Of a stretch of 64,000 nt of DNA, positions 1-13,700 are shown piece after piece. Source of the stretch: Octopus sinensis (taxonomy: Eukaryota); contig NW_021834228.1 in assembly GCF_006345805.1 (NCBI RefSeq), forward strand, positions 1 to 64,000, given 5' to 3'. The notes under the pieces were generated by a model, which saw only the letters and a program-made list of their open reading frames with translations, ran no database searches and was not told the DNA's origin. Made by a program: the position numbers and the translations under genes. How positions within the stretch are numbered: the first letter of the stretch is position 1; each line of letters begins with the position of its first letter.

Positions 1-21
1 GACAATTTTGTTGACAAAAAT

Positions 22-57
22 TGTCAGATGAACGGGAACGTGAAACTCTGAGTAACA
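22..57 (+). ncRNA. Hammerhead-ribozyme-like motif (Type I, U4A variant) in a Penelope-like repeat
   Basis: Stem I UGU/ACA, core CAGAUGA, stem II ACG-GGAA-CGU, GAAA, stem III ACU-cug-AGU, site GUA. A partial inverted homolog lies at 23935-23960. Confidence 0.55.
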
Positions 58-182
58 TCTTTTGTTATATTTCTGCTGCTTTTAAATAAAGCATATTACT
101 CTATCTCTGGTATTTGAGTACTCTTTTGTCCTCCTTGTTTCACATTTATGTGCTTACTCCGGTAATATATATATATATATAT

Positions 183-1036
183 ACTTACGCGCATGCACAT
201 ATGTATATAGATAACAGATAGATAAACACAGAGGGAGAGACAGAAAGTTAGGTAGAAGCCCTACAAATTTGTGTTTGTGTTTGTCTGTTTGTCTGTCTGT
301 CCGTGTGTGACGATAATGAAATTATGGTACTTGGAATTACAAATGACGTTTCATATATATCTGTCTATGGAACGCTGGATGAAATAGTTGCATGTACTTT
401 GAATAGTAAATATGAATGAAACGGGACGTATTTATATAATAAATTCACTTTGATAAAGTAAATACCAAATCTCAAATTTTCTATATCAGACAAGCATTTT
501 GAATTCTCTCTTTCTTATTCTTAATGATGTTCGTTAAACAAAATTAAAGGATAAATTGACTTGATAAATATTGAATATGTAGATATCGCGTTTATTCATA
601 GTCGCCCATTTAAAACAATTACAATGGCTGAGACAGAAACGGAAGAATTACGTCTCCTCGTATCTATACGAAATTATCAGCATGCTTTTGCAAGACTGGA
701 ATCTACTGAAACGAGCGTATTTCATTTTGGCAGACGTGCGTGATGCCACAACCGATACAAAGAAACTTCTAACGTCTGTTTGCTTTATTATGTCGGTTAC
801 AAAGCCATAGTTTGCGTGTCGTATGAATTTAGATGTGGAAAACTTTTCTTGAGTTATCCACCCACTTAAAACTGTAAAAGTTGTGGTTGTAACGCGAAGA
901 CATGATCAAGATGTTTAGGACAGACATACAGACAGACACAAAGACACAAATTTGCAGGGCTCCTACCTAAATTTTTCTCTCTCCCTCTCTGTATATCTAT
1001 CTATGTATATATAAACATATGTGCATGTGTGTAAGT
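183..1036. mobile_element. MITE/fold-back element with ~120-bp imperfect terminal inverted repeats
   Basis: 183-302 (acttacgcgcatgcacatatg...ttaggtagaagccctacaaatttgtg...gtctgtcc) is the imperfect reverse complement of 918-1036; no ORF inside. Confidence 0.7.
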
Positions 1037-1560
1037 TTAGATGGGAGCTAAATGCTGGCGTTGCTGATGACATTGAAAAGTTTATTAAGAAAATTTCTGT
1101 GGGGACATCACACTGAAATTTTTTTGTATGTTTCTGTTTGAATTTTATTTTACATTTTCACCCCAAAATGCGATAATTTCACCTATTGTTTCTACCAATG
1201 AAAATTGTATATCGCAGTCTGAATTCGAAGACATTTCTGTTTTACAGGAATGAGTTCCTAAATTTTAGAAACTAATTGTGGCTCTACCTTAAGTAACAGG
1301 GGAGATGAAATTGGTTTACTCACCCCCGCGAAAATGCTGACAGTGTACTAAAATTTTGAGCTGTTTTTGGTACATAGTCAGCAATATCAGGAGAATAGGT
1401 GTTAATTCGATTATATTGATATTACCTCTTGATTATATTTATCTCACTACTACACTTTTGTTTACTTTGGTTAACACCGAAAGAACGAGTGGCGTCGAAA
1501 TTAATCATCATCAGCGGCACAAATATATTCAGAACTTAAATTGTTGTTCCCCCCATTCGT

Positions 1561-1574
1561 ATATCTATCTATCA

Positions 1575-1672
<98 letters not shown>

Positions 1673-1710
1673 ATATATATATGTGTGTGTGTGTGTGTTG
1701 TTGTTGTTGT
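1561..1710. repeat. (TATC)n(TA)n(TG)n(TTG)n compound microsatellite
   Basis: Direct reading; source of the poly-IYLS pseudo-ORFs. Confidence 0.95.
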
Positions 1711-2013
1711 TAGAGCGTCGAGCTTACGACCGTGAGGTTGTGAATTGGAATCCCGGACCGGGCTGCGTGTTGTGTTCTTGAGCAAGACACTTTATTTCAC
1801 TTTGCTCAGCTGTAGAACTGAGTTGCACCGCCACAGGTGCCAAGCTGTATCGGCCTTTGCCTTTCTCTTGGATAACACTGGTGGCGTGGAGAGGAGAATC
1901 TGGTATGCATGGGCGACTGCTGGTCTTCCATAAACAACTTTGCCCGGACTTGTGCCTCACAGGGTAACTTTCTAGGTGTAATTCCATGGTCAGTCATGAA
2001 CGAAGGGCGTCTC
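1711..2013 (+). mobile_element. tRNA-derived SINE, family B
   Basis: tRNA-like head (agagcgtcgagcttacgaccgtgaggttgtgaattggaatccc) followed by gtgttgtgttcttgagcaagacacttt, a V/Meta-like core by recollection. A related head lies at 57271-57372. Confidence 0.8.
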
Positions 2014-2014
2014 A

Positions 2015-2097
<83 letters not shown>

Positions 2098-2511
2098 GGA
2101 TATAGATAGATAGACAGAGAGAGAGAGATAAATACATACCTAGGTAGATACACTCGCGCGCGCACATATATACCGAGAGAGAGACAGGCAGAAATGGAAG
2201 GTGAGAAAGACAGAGAAATATGCATACGTATCAATCATTTTGAGAGGGAAGTTGACGCAGATGAAGGGAGTCACATATGTTTATGCGTACATATTTGTTT
2301 ATATCAAACAATCAGTCACTCTACGTATGTATGCATGTATGTATGTATATATGTATGTATGTATCTATCTATCTATATATCTATATATCTATATATCTAT
2401 CTATCTATCTATTTATCTATCTATCTAGCTATTGATTTCTTTCTCTCTCTCTCTCTCTCTCTTTAAATATTATATATATATAATATATATATATATATTA
2501 TATATATATAG

Positions 2512-2640
2512 GGAGAGAGTTTACGAAAAAACCAAAAAGATGAACACAGGTGGTGTACAAAACAAGCAGATGTATTAGTATAACGCTCAGGAATAGAAAG
2601 AGTATTTTACGTTTGCAGCCTACGCTCTTCTCCAGAAAGG
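2512..2640 (-). mobile_element. Penelope-like pLTR remnant (acgtttcgagcctacgctc family)
   Basis: Homologous to 44418-44648 and 53173-53365, and in the opposite orientation to 56890-57030 and 58985-59125. Confidence 0.6.
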
Positions 2641-2654
2641 GAGATATCTACATA

Positions 2655-2730
<76 letters not shown>

Positions 2731-3126
2731 GTGTGTGTGTGTGTATGTGTGTGTGTGTACATACGTACATATGTATAATGTTTCTATGAGTTTGAATTAT
2801 GCATATAATGTATATGTGTGTGTGTGCAAATTTGCCTCCAGCCTGGCGTGGATCCAGTACCTAGCAAATAAGGGCAAATAACCTTAAAGTACTTGATTCT
2901 ATATCTAACAATTATTTCAATCCACTTGGTTAATCGTTAATGATGCCTCATTTCTGGCCCAAGGCCAGTTATTTTCCGGGGAGGAGCAGGTTAATTGCAT
3001 TGATCCAAGTACTTGACTGCTATTTAACTTTATCGGCCACGTAAATAGGAAAAGCCATGCTGACCTCATTGGGATATAAAATGAAATTACACAGAACCGA
3101 AAATTAACTGACGTCATTTCCTGCAG

Positions 3127-3147
3127 CACACCACCAATCCAGCAAAG
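3127..3147 (+). CDS. Putative 21-nt microexon (TPPIQQ), unknown host gene
   Basis: Acceptor ctgac...tttcctgcag with a branch-like CTGAC; donor AAG|GTGATA (weak); phase fits the next candidate exon. Confidence 0.3.
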
Positions 3148-3254
3148 GTGATATACTCTTCATAGCAAAAATAATGGCCCCTGTTTTAGTGACCTCAGAT
3201 AAAATTTTCCAAGGAAATCGGTTAGGTTGTATCATGCATCCAATACTTAACAGA

Positions 3255-3255
3255 T

Positions 3256-3299
<44 letters not shown>

Positions 3300-3463
3300 C
3301 TACTACTACTACTACTACTGCTACTGCTGCTGCTGCACTCGCTCCTTCGCCTATTCCTTTTACTTCTCCCATGCTCCTCTCTCCTCCTGCCACTTTTGCT
3401 ACTATTACTCTTACTATTACTACTACTAATGATAATAATGATAATGATAATAATAATAATGAA

Positions 3464-3498
<35 letters not shown>

Positions 3499-3562
3499 TG
3501 ATAATAATAATAATGAAAATAATAATAATAATCATAATAATAATGATAATAATAATAATAAC

Positions 3563-3611
<49 letters not shown>

Positions 3612-3680
3612 GTAATAATAATAACAATGATGATGATGATGATGATGATGATTATGATGATGACGATGATGACGATGATG

Positions 3681-3745
<65 letters not shown>

Positions 3746-3805
3746 AAGAAGAAGAACAACAATAACAACAACAACACCATCAGCAACAACAACCACAACA
3801 AGGAC
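3255..3805. repeat. Compound trinucleotide array (CTA)(CTG)(TAA)(GAT)(GAA)(CAA)
   Basis: Direct reading; explains the poly-L/I/N/D ORFs at 3104-3815. Confidence 0.95.
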
Positions 3806-4597
3806 GAATGAATGAATGAATTTTATGGAGTCTATCTAAACCCCGAAATCTTGTTTTAGTTGACAGTCAGCTGTGCTCAGAGGATTTGTACCTATAGAAC
3901 ACAGTCTTATCAACAAGATACATTACTAAAACAGTTTTTTTTATCTATTGCATTATTAAATTATTCGGGACAGATAATAGGATTTGCATAGATATAATTC
4001 TTGTATATAGGGAACAAGGTTAAATTGATAAATATTATTTGCTTTTTATAAAATAGTGTTTGTCTGCTCCTTTTTCAATCGTTATAAAACAATCATCGTG
4101 GGAATTATAGAACTTCAACTCATCGATTCCATGAGTTCTACTAAATTTATGGGAAAGGCTGGGAATGGAGAAGATGTAAGCAAATTTTGCATCATCAGTG
4201 TTTTGTTTAGAATTAAAAAATACAAGAATAGCGTTTGGTATTATGTGTCGTGTACATCATAATATGGTAATGGGAAAATGTAGAAGGAATATTAAAAGCA
4301 GCTCCGAGGAGATATACCGAATTTATAAACCTGTAATGATAATGACGTTGATGATACTTATCATCATGAAAATAATTTATTTCACAGGTGGAAGATAATG
4401 AAATCCCCGACAAGAAAAAACTAAATAACAGGACAATGTTATACAGGTAGATATGTCTTTATGCATGCATGTATGTATGTTTGTTAGCTTGGCAACAGAT
4501 ATTTATACCCAGTAGTGCTGCCGGTGTCTCCTTCAAAGAGATTTCAAAATAATAATATTTCTAGTTTTGAAAAGCAGTTGATGTGTTCCACAGAGTA

Positions 4598-4629
<32 letters not shown>

Positions 4630-4638
4630 ATATATATA

Positions 4639-4676
<38 letters not shown>

Positions 4677-6274
4677 GTACTGGGAGAAGAAGAAGAAACG
4701 AAACGAAACGGAACGAATGGAATCGAATCGACGCGAATAAATAAAATATATGCATACATACATATATGTACGTACCTACATCTACATGTATATATACATG
4801 CTTATATAAATATATATACGTGAGTACAGGACACCACAAATAGACGCAGAACTCAACGGGAACGAAAACGTAAAAATAAGCATGGAACGAACCTTTTTTT
4901 ACAAAGAAAAAAACAGAGTACTAGACAAACTACACAAGGAAAAATCCCCTTCATCACCAGTCCCTAGTTCAACTCCAGCGTGTTAGGCCTCCGAACAGAT
5001 AGTCAAAAGTGTCGTCTGCTAGATTCAGCTAGTCAATATTCATAAGCGGCAATTACCCTGTCACCGGTCTATGAAAGTTGAACCAGCAACGGAAAGCCGA
5101 TGACAATGCTAATCAACGGTAGCATTCGTCCTATTTGGCTGGACTGCCATTATGGTTTAGCGATAAATATAAATCCCCTGTACTGCAGCCGTAGTCTCCT
5201 TTATAGATATTTAGGAATAATAATATTATATATGCATATATATATATGATATATATATAAAAAAGAAATACATATTTATATATATATATATGCATATAAA
5301 TATAGACATAGTGATTTTATATACATGGGCTGCTCCCCTTCATCCAGGGAATATATTTTTAAAGACAGAGAGACAAAGTATTAGAAAAGACAGTATATAC
5401 ATATGTGCGTGTGTGCCTCTGCGTGTGTGCACGTGCATATATGTACATTTGAATGTATGTGTTGATATATATCCCTACCTGAATAAGTTAAGCTGTTACA
5501 TCTATACGGACTCATTCAGACTTCAGTGAATAAATTTGGTAAAATATTCCAGAAGATAGGTAGATATCCATGGGTATTCCTTTGGCAACTTAACACGTAA
5601 CCGAAAGTTGGAATTATACACACATATACTCAAATATTTTGTTTGAAAAATATTATACAAACATAGGAAAATTTACATATTTTATTTCAATATATAATCC
5701 TTATCATCCAAGGCTCCGATATATATCAAACATAAATATGTTGAAGAAAACCGAAATTATCTGACAAACATATTCTCGGAAGTATTTAATCCTACCTTAT
5801 TAATTCATTATTTACCCCATACTGTTTGGTATGAGGAATTATAAAGGCAATATTTATCTGCAGTTAGTTGATTGTTTGTTTTCTTCCATATGCTATGTTT
5901 ATAGTGGAAAATAACCATCATATATGATTGTTATACCCGGCATCCGGTGTTTTGTACATGTGAAACAATGATATGAATGAGTGTTCACAAGTATTAAAAA
6001 ATCGTTACGAAATAATTCTTAAAGGTCATGTAATTAGATTGCATGAGATAATACGCATGTAATTAATGCTGATAATCTTCAAGGTTAACTAGACAGAAAA
6101 TAGAACTAAAAAATAATAAAGAAATAACAACTAATAAGGAAATATTAAAACAACAGTAAAAATTACTAGTTTTACCTATAAGATGTCGCCCACGGAGATT
6201 TAAAAATATGTTAGCATTTCATTGAAGCACATATACACGTACATATGTACACGTGCACACTCATACACATATAC

Positions 6275-6415
6275 AGCTTGCTTACCAACCACATAGTTCC
6301 GAGTTCAGACCCACGGCGTGGCTTCTTGGGCAAGTGTCTTCTACTGTAGCCTCGGGCCGATCAAATCCTTGTGAGTGGATTTGATAGATATAAACTGAAA
6401 TAAGCCTGTCATATA

Positions 6416-6453
<38 letters not shown>

Positions 6454-6660
6454 TATGTTTGATTGTATGTTTGTGTATCTGTGTTTGTCCCTCCAACATC
6501 GCTTGACAACCGATGCTGGTGTGTTTACCTACCCGTAACTTAGCGGTTCGGCAAAAAAAAACCCGATGGAATAAGTACTAGGCTTACAAAGAATACGTCT
6601 TGGAGTCGATTTGATCGACTAAAGGCGGTGCTCCAGTATTGCCACAGTAAAAGAGTAAAA
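6275..6660 (+). mobile_element. SINE family A (internal (TA)n/(TG)n tract), 5' truncated
   Basis: Matches the full copies at 41375 and 62608. Confidence 0.9.
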
Positions 6661-6664
6661 ATGT

Positions 6665-6720
6665 ATGGTGCCCCAGCATGGCCGCGGCCTTCGGGCTAAA
6701 ACATTTTAAAGGATTTAAGG
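6665..6720 (+). mobile_element. Isolated 3' tail of a CR1-type LINE
   Basis: ggtgccccagcatggccgcggccttcgggctaaaacattttaaaggatttaagg matches the LINE tail at 29107-29166. Confidence 0.75.
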
Positions 6721-6849
6721 ATATATATATAGTGAAAGAGAGAGAGAGACAGACAGATAGAGAAAAGGTGGGTGGAAGAACTGAGAAAATTATTAATTCT
6801 CATCTGATTCTATCTCATTAAATGCATTTCTGAATATCTATATATACCT

Positions 6850-7170
6850 GGTTTGCGGCGACAGGGGTTCCAGTTGAGCCGATCAACGGAACAGCCTGCC
6901 CGTGAAGTTAACGTAAAAGTGACTGAGGAATCAACAGATACGTGTACCCTGAACGACGTTAACGTAGATTGAAATGCTGGTACAACACAAACAAGAAAAG
7001 TGAGAGAAATCTCTGGTAAGGAATTCGTACAGAAGGGTTCGCCTCGTAGAGATTTATGTGTTGATGTGTTGTCGCCCAATAGAAACTCACAACGCCCGGT
7101 CTGGGAATCGAAACTGTTCCTATGACTGCGAGTCCGCTACCCTAGCAACTTAGCAATTGCGCTTCCACAT
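6850..7170 (-). mobile_element. SINE family C, degenerate
   Basis: Homologous to 28206-28592; head reverse complement ...gggaatcgaaac...gcgagtccgctaccc...ttgcgcttccaca. Confidence 0.8.
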
Positions 7171-7491
7171 GCTTTTACACATACATAAACGTACACACAC
7201 ACACACAACACAAACACACACACACACACACACAAACTCACGCACACACATACACACATACACACACACACACATATATAAATTAAGGTTTTAGCAACAA
7301 GTTGCTTAAAACATATCTGAAATTTAGAAATAGCAGCCAGAAGACAGCTAATTATTTTAACTACAAATATCAATCCACAGAAAACAAATAAATATTTTCG
7401 GTATGTGGCTAAACCCTTAATTATATATTTATACATATATATATATATATCTATATATATATATATATCTATATATATACTATATATATAT

Positions 7492-7533
<42 letters not shown>

Positions 7534-7569
7534 GATATATATATATATATATAATATATATATTATATA

Positions 7570-7602
<33 letters not shown>

Positions 7603-7795
7603 TATATATATATGTATATATTTCGTTTTGGGATTATATGAGAATCCAGACTATTGAAAAGGCTGCAAGACGCAACGAGAATATTAGAAAACACAATTAA
7701 GAAATAAGTGGAAATTTACCGGTAAATGTGTAAAATAATAAGGCACTAAAAGAGAAGGACTCTCCCCAGACACAACAGTATATATATATATATAT

Positions 7796-7858
<63 letters not shown>

Positions 7859-7877
7859 CACACACACACAGATACAC

Positions 7878-7935
<58 letters not shown>

Positions 7936-8406
7936 TTGTGAGATAAGAACTTAAAACAATTTCGCCGGTGACGTCTGGAACAAAGTATATCTTCCCGATT
8001 GGTGTTAGTACCCTAAAACTTGAATCAGAGCAGATTTGGAGTTTCATGCATTCTGTGTCAATAGGGCGTAAATAATTTATGGAAAGAATCGTATATATTC
8101 ATATGCAAATGTTAAATGTTAAATCAAATGTGATAGAAATTATGGTATCGTTTGATTTCTTTTTTTATATTTAAGTATCACACTGTGTGTAAGGTATACG
8201 TGAACGGTAAGGGATCCATTTCCAAATCTCGCTGTTTTGGATAAGATGCAGACGTTTTATGTTACGTGAATTACAAGAAGAAGGTGGAATTTTGGATTCG
8301 TGTAAAGAAGGCATTCGGATATGTTGTGGATTGTTAGGTCCAGCCTATATTATGAATACATATATGCAAACAGACACAGAGACACACAGACGCGTACAAA
8401 TATGTG

Positions 8407-8440
<34 letters not shown>

Positions 8441-8444
<4 letters not shown>

Positions 8445-8536
8445 ATCCAAACAGGAAAGCACAAAAAAACACAACAACGCGAGGACGTTGAACAAATATA
8501 GTATTATTGGACGCTCAGGAAAGAAGGAAAGAAGGA
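8441..8536 (-). mobile_element. Penelope-like pLTR fragment (gttaatccaaac family)
   Basis: Reverse complement of 48330-48431, which carries a decayed hammerhead-like motif next to it. Confidence 0.55.
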
Positions 8537-9113
8537 CATACGCATATATTTATGCATGTATAAACATATATATATGAAAATATGTCATACATATAAATAT
8601 ATATATATATATATATATATTATAATAATATCTATATTAATATATATACATATAAATAGATATATATATATATATATATCTATATAGATATATGTCTATA
8701 TATATATATAAATAATATATATATATATATAGTCTTAGAGTAGAGCACAGCGCCCTTATGCTGTTTAAGCGCAATCGCAGGCATAACAATGCTTACCTCA
8801 GTATTAAAACATATATGCATGTATACAAAAATACACAGAAACATATACAACACAGACACACACACATACATGTGCATACAAAATCTCACATACATGCATG
8901 CAACTATACATTCATACATATGTAATTACAACGGTGAACCATGAGGTTAAGCCAGGCTACGCTGAATCTAATCTGCACTAAGTAAGCCGTGACATTAATC
9001 TCTCTCTCTTGTACTTTCCCCGTTCATTATTTTTATTATATTTCTCTCGATTGTAGCTCATTTTCTTCCCTTTCCTCCCTCCGGGTCCATCCATCTATCA
9101 CTCTATCTGTCCG

Positions 9114-9203
<90 letters not shown>

Positions 9204-9216
9204 ACTCTCTCTCCCT

Positions 9217-9264
<48 letters not shown>

Positions 9265-9310
9265 CTGTCTGTCTGACTCAGTATCTGCCCTATCAATGTC
9301 TCTCTCTCCG

Positions 9311-9465
9311 ATGTTAATGTGTTTACATCCCCGTAACTAGCGGTTCGGCAAAAGAAGTCGATACAATATTTACTAGGCTTACAAAGAAGTCCTGGGGTGG
9401 ATTTGTTTGACTAAACGTGGTGGTCCAGCATGAACGGAATCAAAACAATTGAAGCATCTAAAAGA
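9311..9465 (+). mobile_element. SINE family A 3' fragment
   Basis: gtgtttacatccccgtaactagcggttcggcaaaag...ggcttacaaagaagtcctgggg. Confidence 0.75.
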
Positions 9466-9476
9466 ATAACACAATA

Positions 9477-9527
<51 letters not shown>

Positions 9528-10287
9528 CATGTATCCTCCTAAAATAGCTATAAATTTATGGTGTTTCTTTATAGATGTAGTATGAGGATATGTGATGAAA
9601 ACAGCTTAGAAATACAATTAAAGTATTGACAATTGCTGCATGAATCTCATGTTCAGCCATTTTGAAAAAAAAGCTCGTTGTTTGATATGAACGTCGATAC
9701 ATACCATCACTCCTGATGGGGACGAACGACAACAATATACGACGGTGTGTTTAAAACCAATTATAGACGATGACTTCTATATTCAAATAAACAATTAAGA
9801 AATTCCAAACATAAGTACAAAACAGGGCAGAATTAAGGAATGTTTAACGGATTAAATCGACTTCAAATTCATGTTTTTATTCATTATTGGGATTAATATT
9901 TTTGTGATTACATGTCCGGAGGTCGAGTAAGTAATTTCAGAGAAAAACCGCTGTAAAATAATTTTCTGTCTCCAACGTCAGCAATTCTCTCAAAACACCG
10001 TGTTAGTAATACTATTAATGTTTATAATAATCGTTATAGGATAAAGTGTAAAGATAATTGCTATTAAGTAAATACAGATCGATTCCGAATAACGTCAGAG
10101 GACTTGATTAAAAATAAAGATTTGCCGGAAGGGTTCGAATCAATCTACTTTTCTGGCATTCACCTGTTATATGACTTACCTATTACAAATATAATTAGCA
10201 ACAAAGACCGAAGTAAAATTAAATGCTATTATTAACGGATGTACTAGTTGCAGCATCGTCTGTGGTGGTCGTAAGTGAAGCAAATTA

Positions 10288-10464
10288 GTAGTAGTAGTAG
10301 TAGTAGCAGCAGTAGTAGTAGTGGCAGCAGCAGCAGTAGTAGTAGTATTTGTTGTTGTTGTTGTAGTAGTAGTAGTAGTAGTAGTAGTAGCAGTAGTAGT
10401 AGTAGTAGTAGTAGTAGTAGCAGCAGTAGTAGTAGTAGTAGCAGCAGCAGTAGTAGTAGTATTT

Positions 10465-10499
<35 letters not shown>

Positions 10500-10531
10500 G
10501 GTGGTAGTAGCAGCAGCAGCAGTAGTAGTAT

Positions 10532-10562
<31 letters not shown>

Positions 10563-10595
10563 TGTATAGCAACAGCGGCTGTGCTAGTAGTGATG
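10288..10595. repeat. (AGT)n/(AGC)/(GGT) trinucleotide array
   Basis: Direct reading. Confidence 0.95.
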
Positions 10596-10914
10596 GTATT
10601 GGCGAGCTGGCAGAGTCCTTAGCACGGCAGCGAAATGCATCATGGTATTTCGGCCATATTCACGGCCTTGTACCAAAATTTGAAACCCTTAATATTAAAG
10701 TTTGCGATAATCGTTTTATGAAAAAGTAAAAGTAAAACAAAATAAAAAAAAACATATATGATTAATACTAAGTTAGGGATAAATTTCAGATAACGTCAGA
10801 CTTAGCAAAATTACAGATTCGCCTGAGGGGCTGAAATAATACATTATTCTAGTATTCATCTATTAAATTACCTGTTTTTATCAAATGGCATTAGTAGCAT
10901 AAATAACAGAGGTA

Positions 10915-10930
10915 TTACTATTATTATTAA

Positions 10931-10967
<37 letters not shown>

Positions 10968-11212
10968 TTATTATTTTATTATTATTATTATCATCATCAT
11001 CATCATTATTATTATATTATTATATTATTATTATATTATTATTATTATTATTACTATTATTATTTTCATTATTATTGTTATTATTATATTATTATTATTA
11101 TTATTATTTTCATTATTATTATTATTTATTATTATTATTAATTATTATTATTATTATTATCATCATCATTATTATTAATATTAGTATCATTATTATTATT
11201 TTATTATTATTA

Positions 11213-11249
<37 letters not shown>

Positions 11250-11277
11250 TATTATTATTATTATATTATTATTATTA

Positions 11278-11313
<36 letters not shown>

Positions 11314-11391
11314 TAATATTATTATCATCATCATTATTATTAATATTAGTATCATTATTATTATTTTTATTATTATTATTATTATTATTAT

Positions 11392-11444
<53 letters not shown>

Positions 11445-11445
11445 C
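10915..11445. repeat. (ATT)n then (AGT)n array
   Basis: Direct reading. Confidence 0.95.
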
Positions 11446-11728
11446 TAACAGCAGCATCAGGATCAGGTGCAACGGTATTAGGGGATTCGGTGGTAGTCGG
11501 TGCAAAAGAATTAATATTGATAACAGTAGGTAAAGTGCAGCTGTAGCATCAGCATCAGTATTGACTATTATTAATAAGAGAAGTTTTCATATTAATAATC
11601 GTATTAATGACCTTGATTAATTAGCAATGAAAGCTACTAGTAAAAGTATCTCTATCAATGGAACTGAGACGTCCTACGTAATAATATGCAAGACGTAGTA
11701 GAGATTACGTGTGAAATATGAATTCAGT

Positions 11729-11892
11729 GCGTAGAAGTGGCCGTGTGGTAAGTAGCTTGCTTACGAACCACATGGTTCCGGGTTCAGTCCCACTGCGTGG
11801 CACCTTGGCCAAGTGTCTTCTGCTATAGCTTCGGGCTGACCAAAGCCTTGTGAGTGGATTTGGTAGACAAAAACTGAAAGAAGCCCGTCGTA

Positions 11893-11949
<57 letters not shown>

Positions 11950-12146
11950 ATGTTTCTGTGTTTGACCCCCAACATCGCTTGAGAACCGATGCTGGTGTGT
12001 TTACGTCCCCGTAACTTAGCGGTTCAGAAAAAGAGACGGATGGAATAAGTACTAAGCTTACAAAGAATAAGTCCTGGGGTCGATTTGCTCGACTAAAGGC
12101 GGTGCTCCAGCATGGCCGCAGTCAACCGACTGAAACAAGTAAAAGA
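11729..12146 (+). mobile_element. SINE family A, near full length
   Basis: Head gtggccgtgtggtaagtagcttgc...ggttccgggttcagtccc, internal (TA)(TG), tail ...ctgaaacaagtaaaaga. Confidence 0.92.
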
Positions 12147-12397
12147 GGAAGAGAAAGAGAATACGAAAGGGAAGAAGATACACATTCCAAGTGAAAGACA
12201 TTTTAAACCGGAAAGGTTCCTGAGATAAACACGTCGGGGTTGTTGGAGGCATGACACGTCATAGGTGCGAGGAAAGGAGAAGAGATGGTTGTTTAATGGA
12301 GCGGTAAAGAGGTTTCGAGAATGGGAGTTGGTGATGGTGGGATGAGCACATCACTAATGCCAGTAGATTAAAACTAATTATAAAGAGTAGAATGTGC

Positions 12398-12462
<65 letters not shown>

Positions 12463-12583
12463 TACATATATTATATTCATATACATATAAATATGTATAT
12501 ATATATAAATATATAGATATGTATTTCGTTGCACATGCAGACACACACACACATATAATATATATATGCATTTATTATTATAG

Positions 12584-12605
12584 ATACCCATATGAAGCTG
12601 TGCAG
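12584..12605 (+). CDS. Putative 22-nt microexon (YPYEAVQ)
   Basis: ttattatag| acceptor and CAG|GTAAGC donor; phase 2 to 0. Confidence 0.4.
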
Positions 12606-12763
12606 GTAAGCGTATGGATGGATAAATAGTTATAGATGAAGAAGGACTCTGAAATAATAATAGAGAAAATATCTTCCAACTTTAATATGAAACGAAATTT
12701 TCCTAGCAGAGTTCATTTGCTTTGGTCAAAAATAATATATTGAATGAAATCTCTTCTTTGCAG

Positions 12764-12801
12764 AGAAGAGTTCTTACCGGAGAATTGAATGAAATATTTC
12801 A
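12764..12801 (+). CDS. Putative 38-nt exon (RRVLTGELNEIF)
   Basis: ctcttctttgcag| acceptor, |GTAAAG donor; phase 0 to 2; only this frame is open. Confidence 0.35.
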
Positions 12802-13289
12802 GTAAAGCTTATGAACACTACATCTTTTCATTTCCGTATGTTGTTGACTGAAGCATTACACTGTCCCGTAGTCATGTCTGTAATATTATTCGAGAGGTTG
12901 TTGAAACTTTCGTGGATTTAGGTAAAATAAACTACAGGAGAATACGTTATGATTCTATCCAATATATTTCCTTCCCAGCCTCAAGTACATAGTGCAGCTA
13001 TTCTTTAGTTTTTCTAAGCACAAGGAAGTTTAGGCCTCCAGCAAGAGCTTTCGTGATATCCGTGAAGCCACCCTCATAATTTTAAAATGAAAACGAATAT
13101 ATTCAAATATGCCATTAGCTTTTAAATCCACGGACACATATAAAAACGTAACAAGTAGATACAAACTCAATATATAATTATATTCAATAACTCAGAAAGG
13201 AGCTGATTCCATTATATACAGGCGAAGCCGTCGTCAAGTGAATCGAGCTAGCTGCGTCTCGTTAGACCCTAAGTCAATTCGAATCACTA

Positions 13290-13700
13290 AAGGAGAGAAT
13301 ACAGAATCCATTGAAAGAATAAAATAATTGTAAATGATTTTGCCCGAGTAAGCAACCCACGCACGAATTAAAGATAAGCCTTGATGCAGTTAACAAACAA
13401 AATTATTATAAGAAACTGACGAGGAACGGAAACGTTGCAATCAAAAATATCTCCTCCATACAATTAAGTCTAAATTATCTGAATACAGTCAAATGATGTA
13501 CGCCTCAGCAAAAGCAATTGAGTCAAAGCGTACGATCGATAAAAAGGTAAGTAGACTTGCACTGCGCAGAGAATAAACCAAATTAAGAGAAAATTTCGAA
13601 AATCAAATAGAAATAATGAGAACAGAAATATCGTTCGGTGAAGAATTTAATACGAAAAAAAAATTGCAAATAAGCTATGGAAACTGATGAAAAGTATTGG
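13290..13700 (+). pseudogene. Possible decayed N-terminal region of an RLE-type non-LTR retrotransposon ORF
   Basis: Broken frames LHTIKSKLSEYSQMMYASAKAIESK and LRENFENQIEIMRTEIS resemble, by recollection only, the pre-RT region of R4/NeSL-type ORFs. Confidence 0.3.

Noticed and set aside
7648-7690. UUGAAAA-core hammerhead-like string
   Set aside because: GAAA is GAGA and stems I and III cannot be assigned consistently; at best a dead relic.
13412-13445. CUGACGA...GAAACGU hammerhead-like string
   Set aside because: No stem II or stem I pairing.
13489-13546. Apparent exon ending in AAG|GTAAGT
   Set aside because: The frame continues on both sides and resembles a decayed retroelement ORF; the acceptor lacks a pyrimidine tract.
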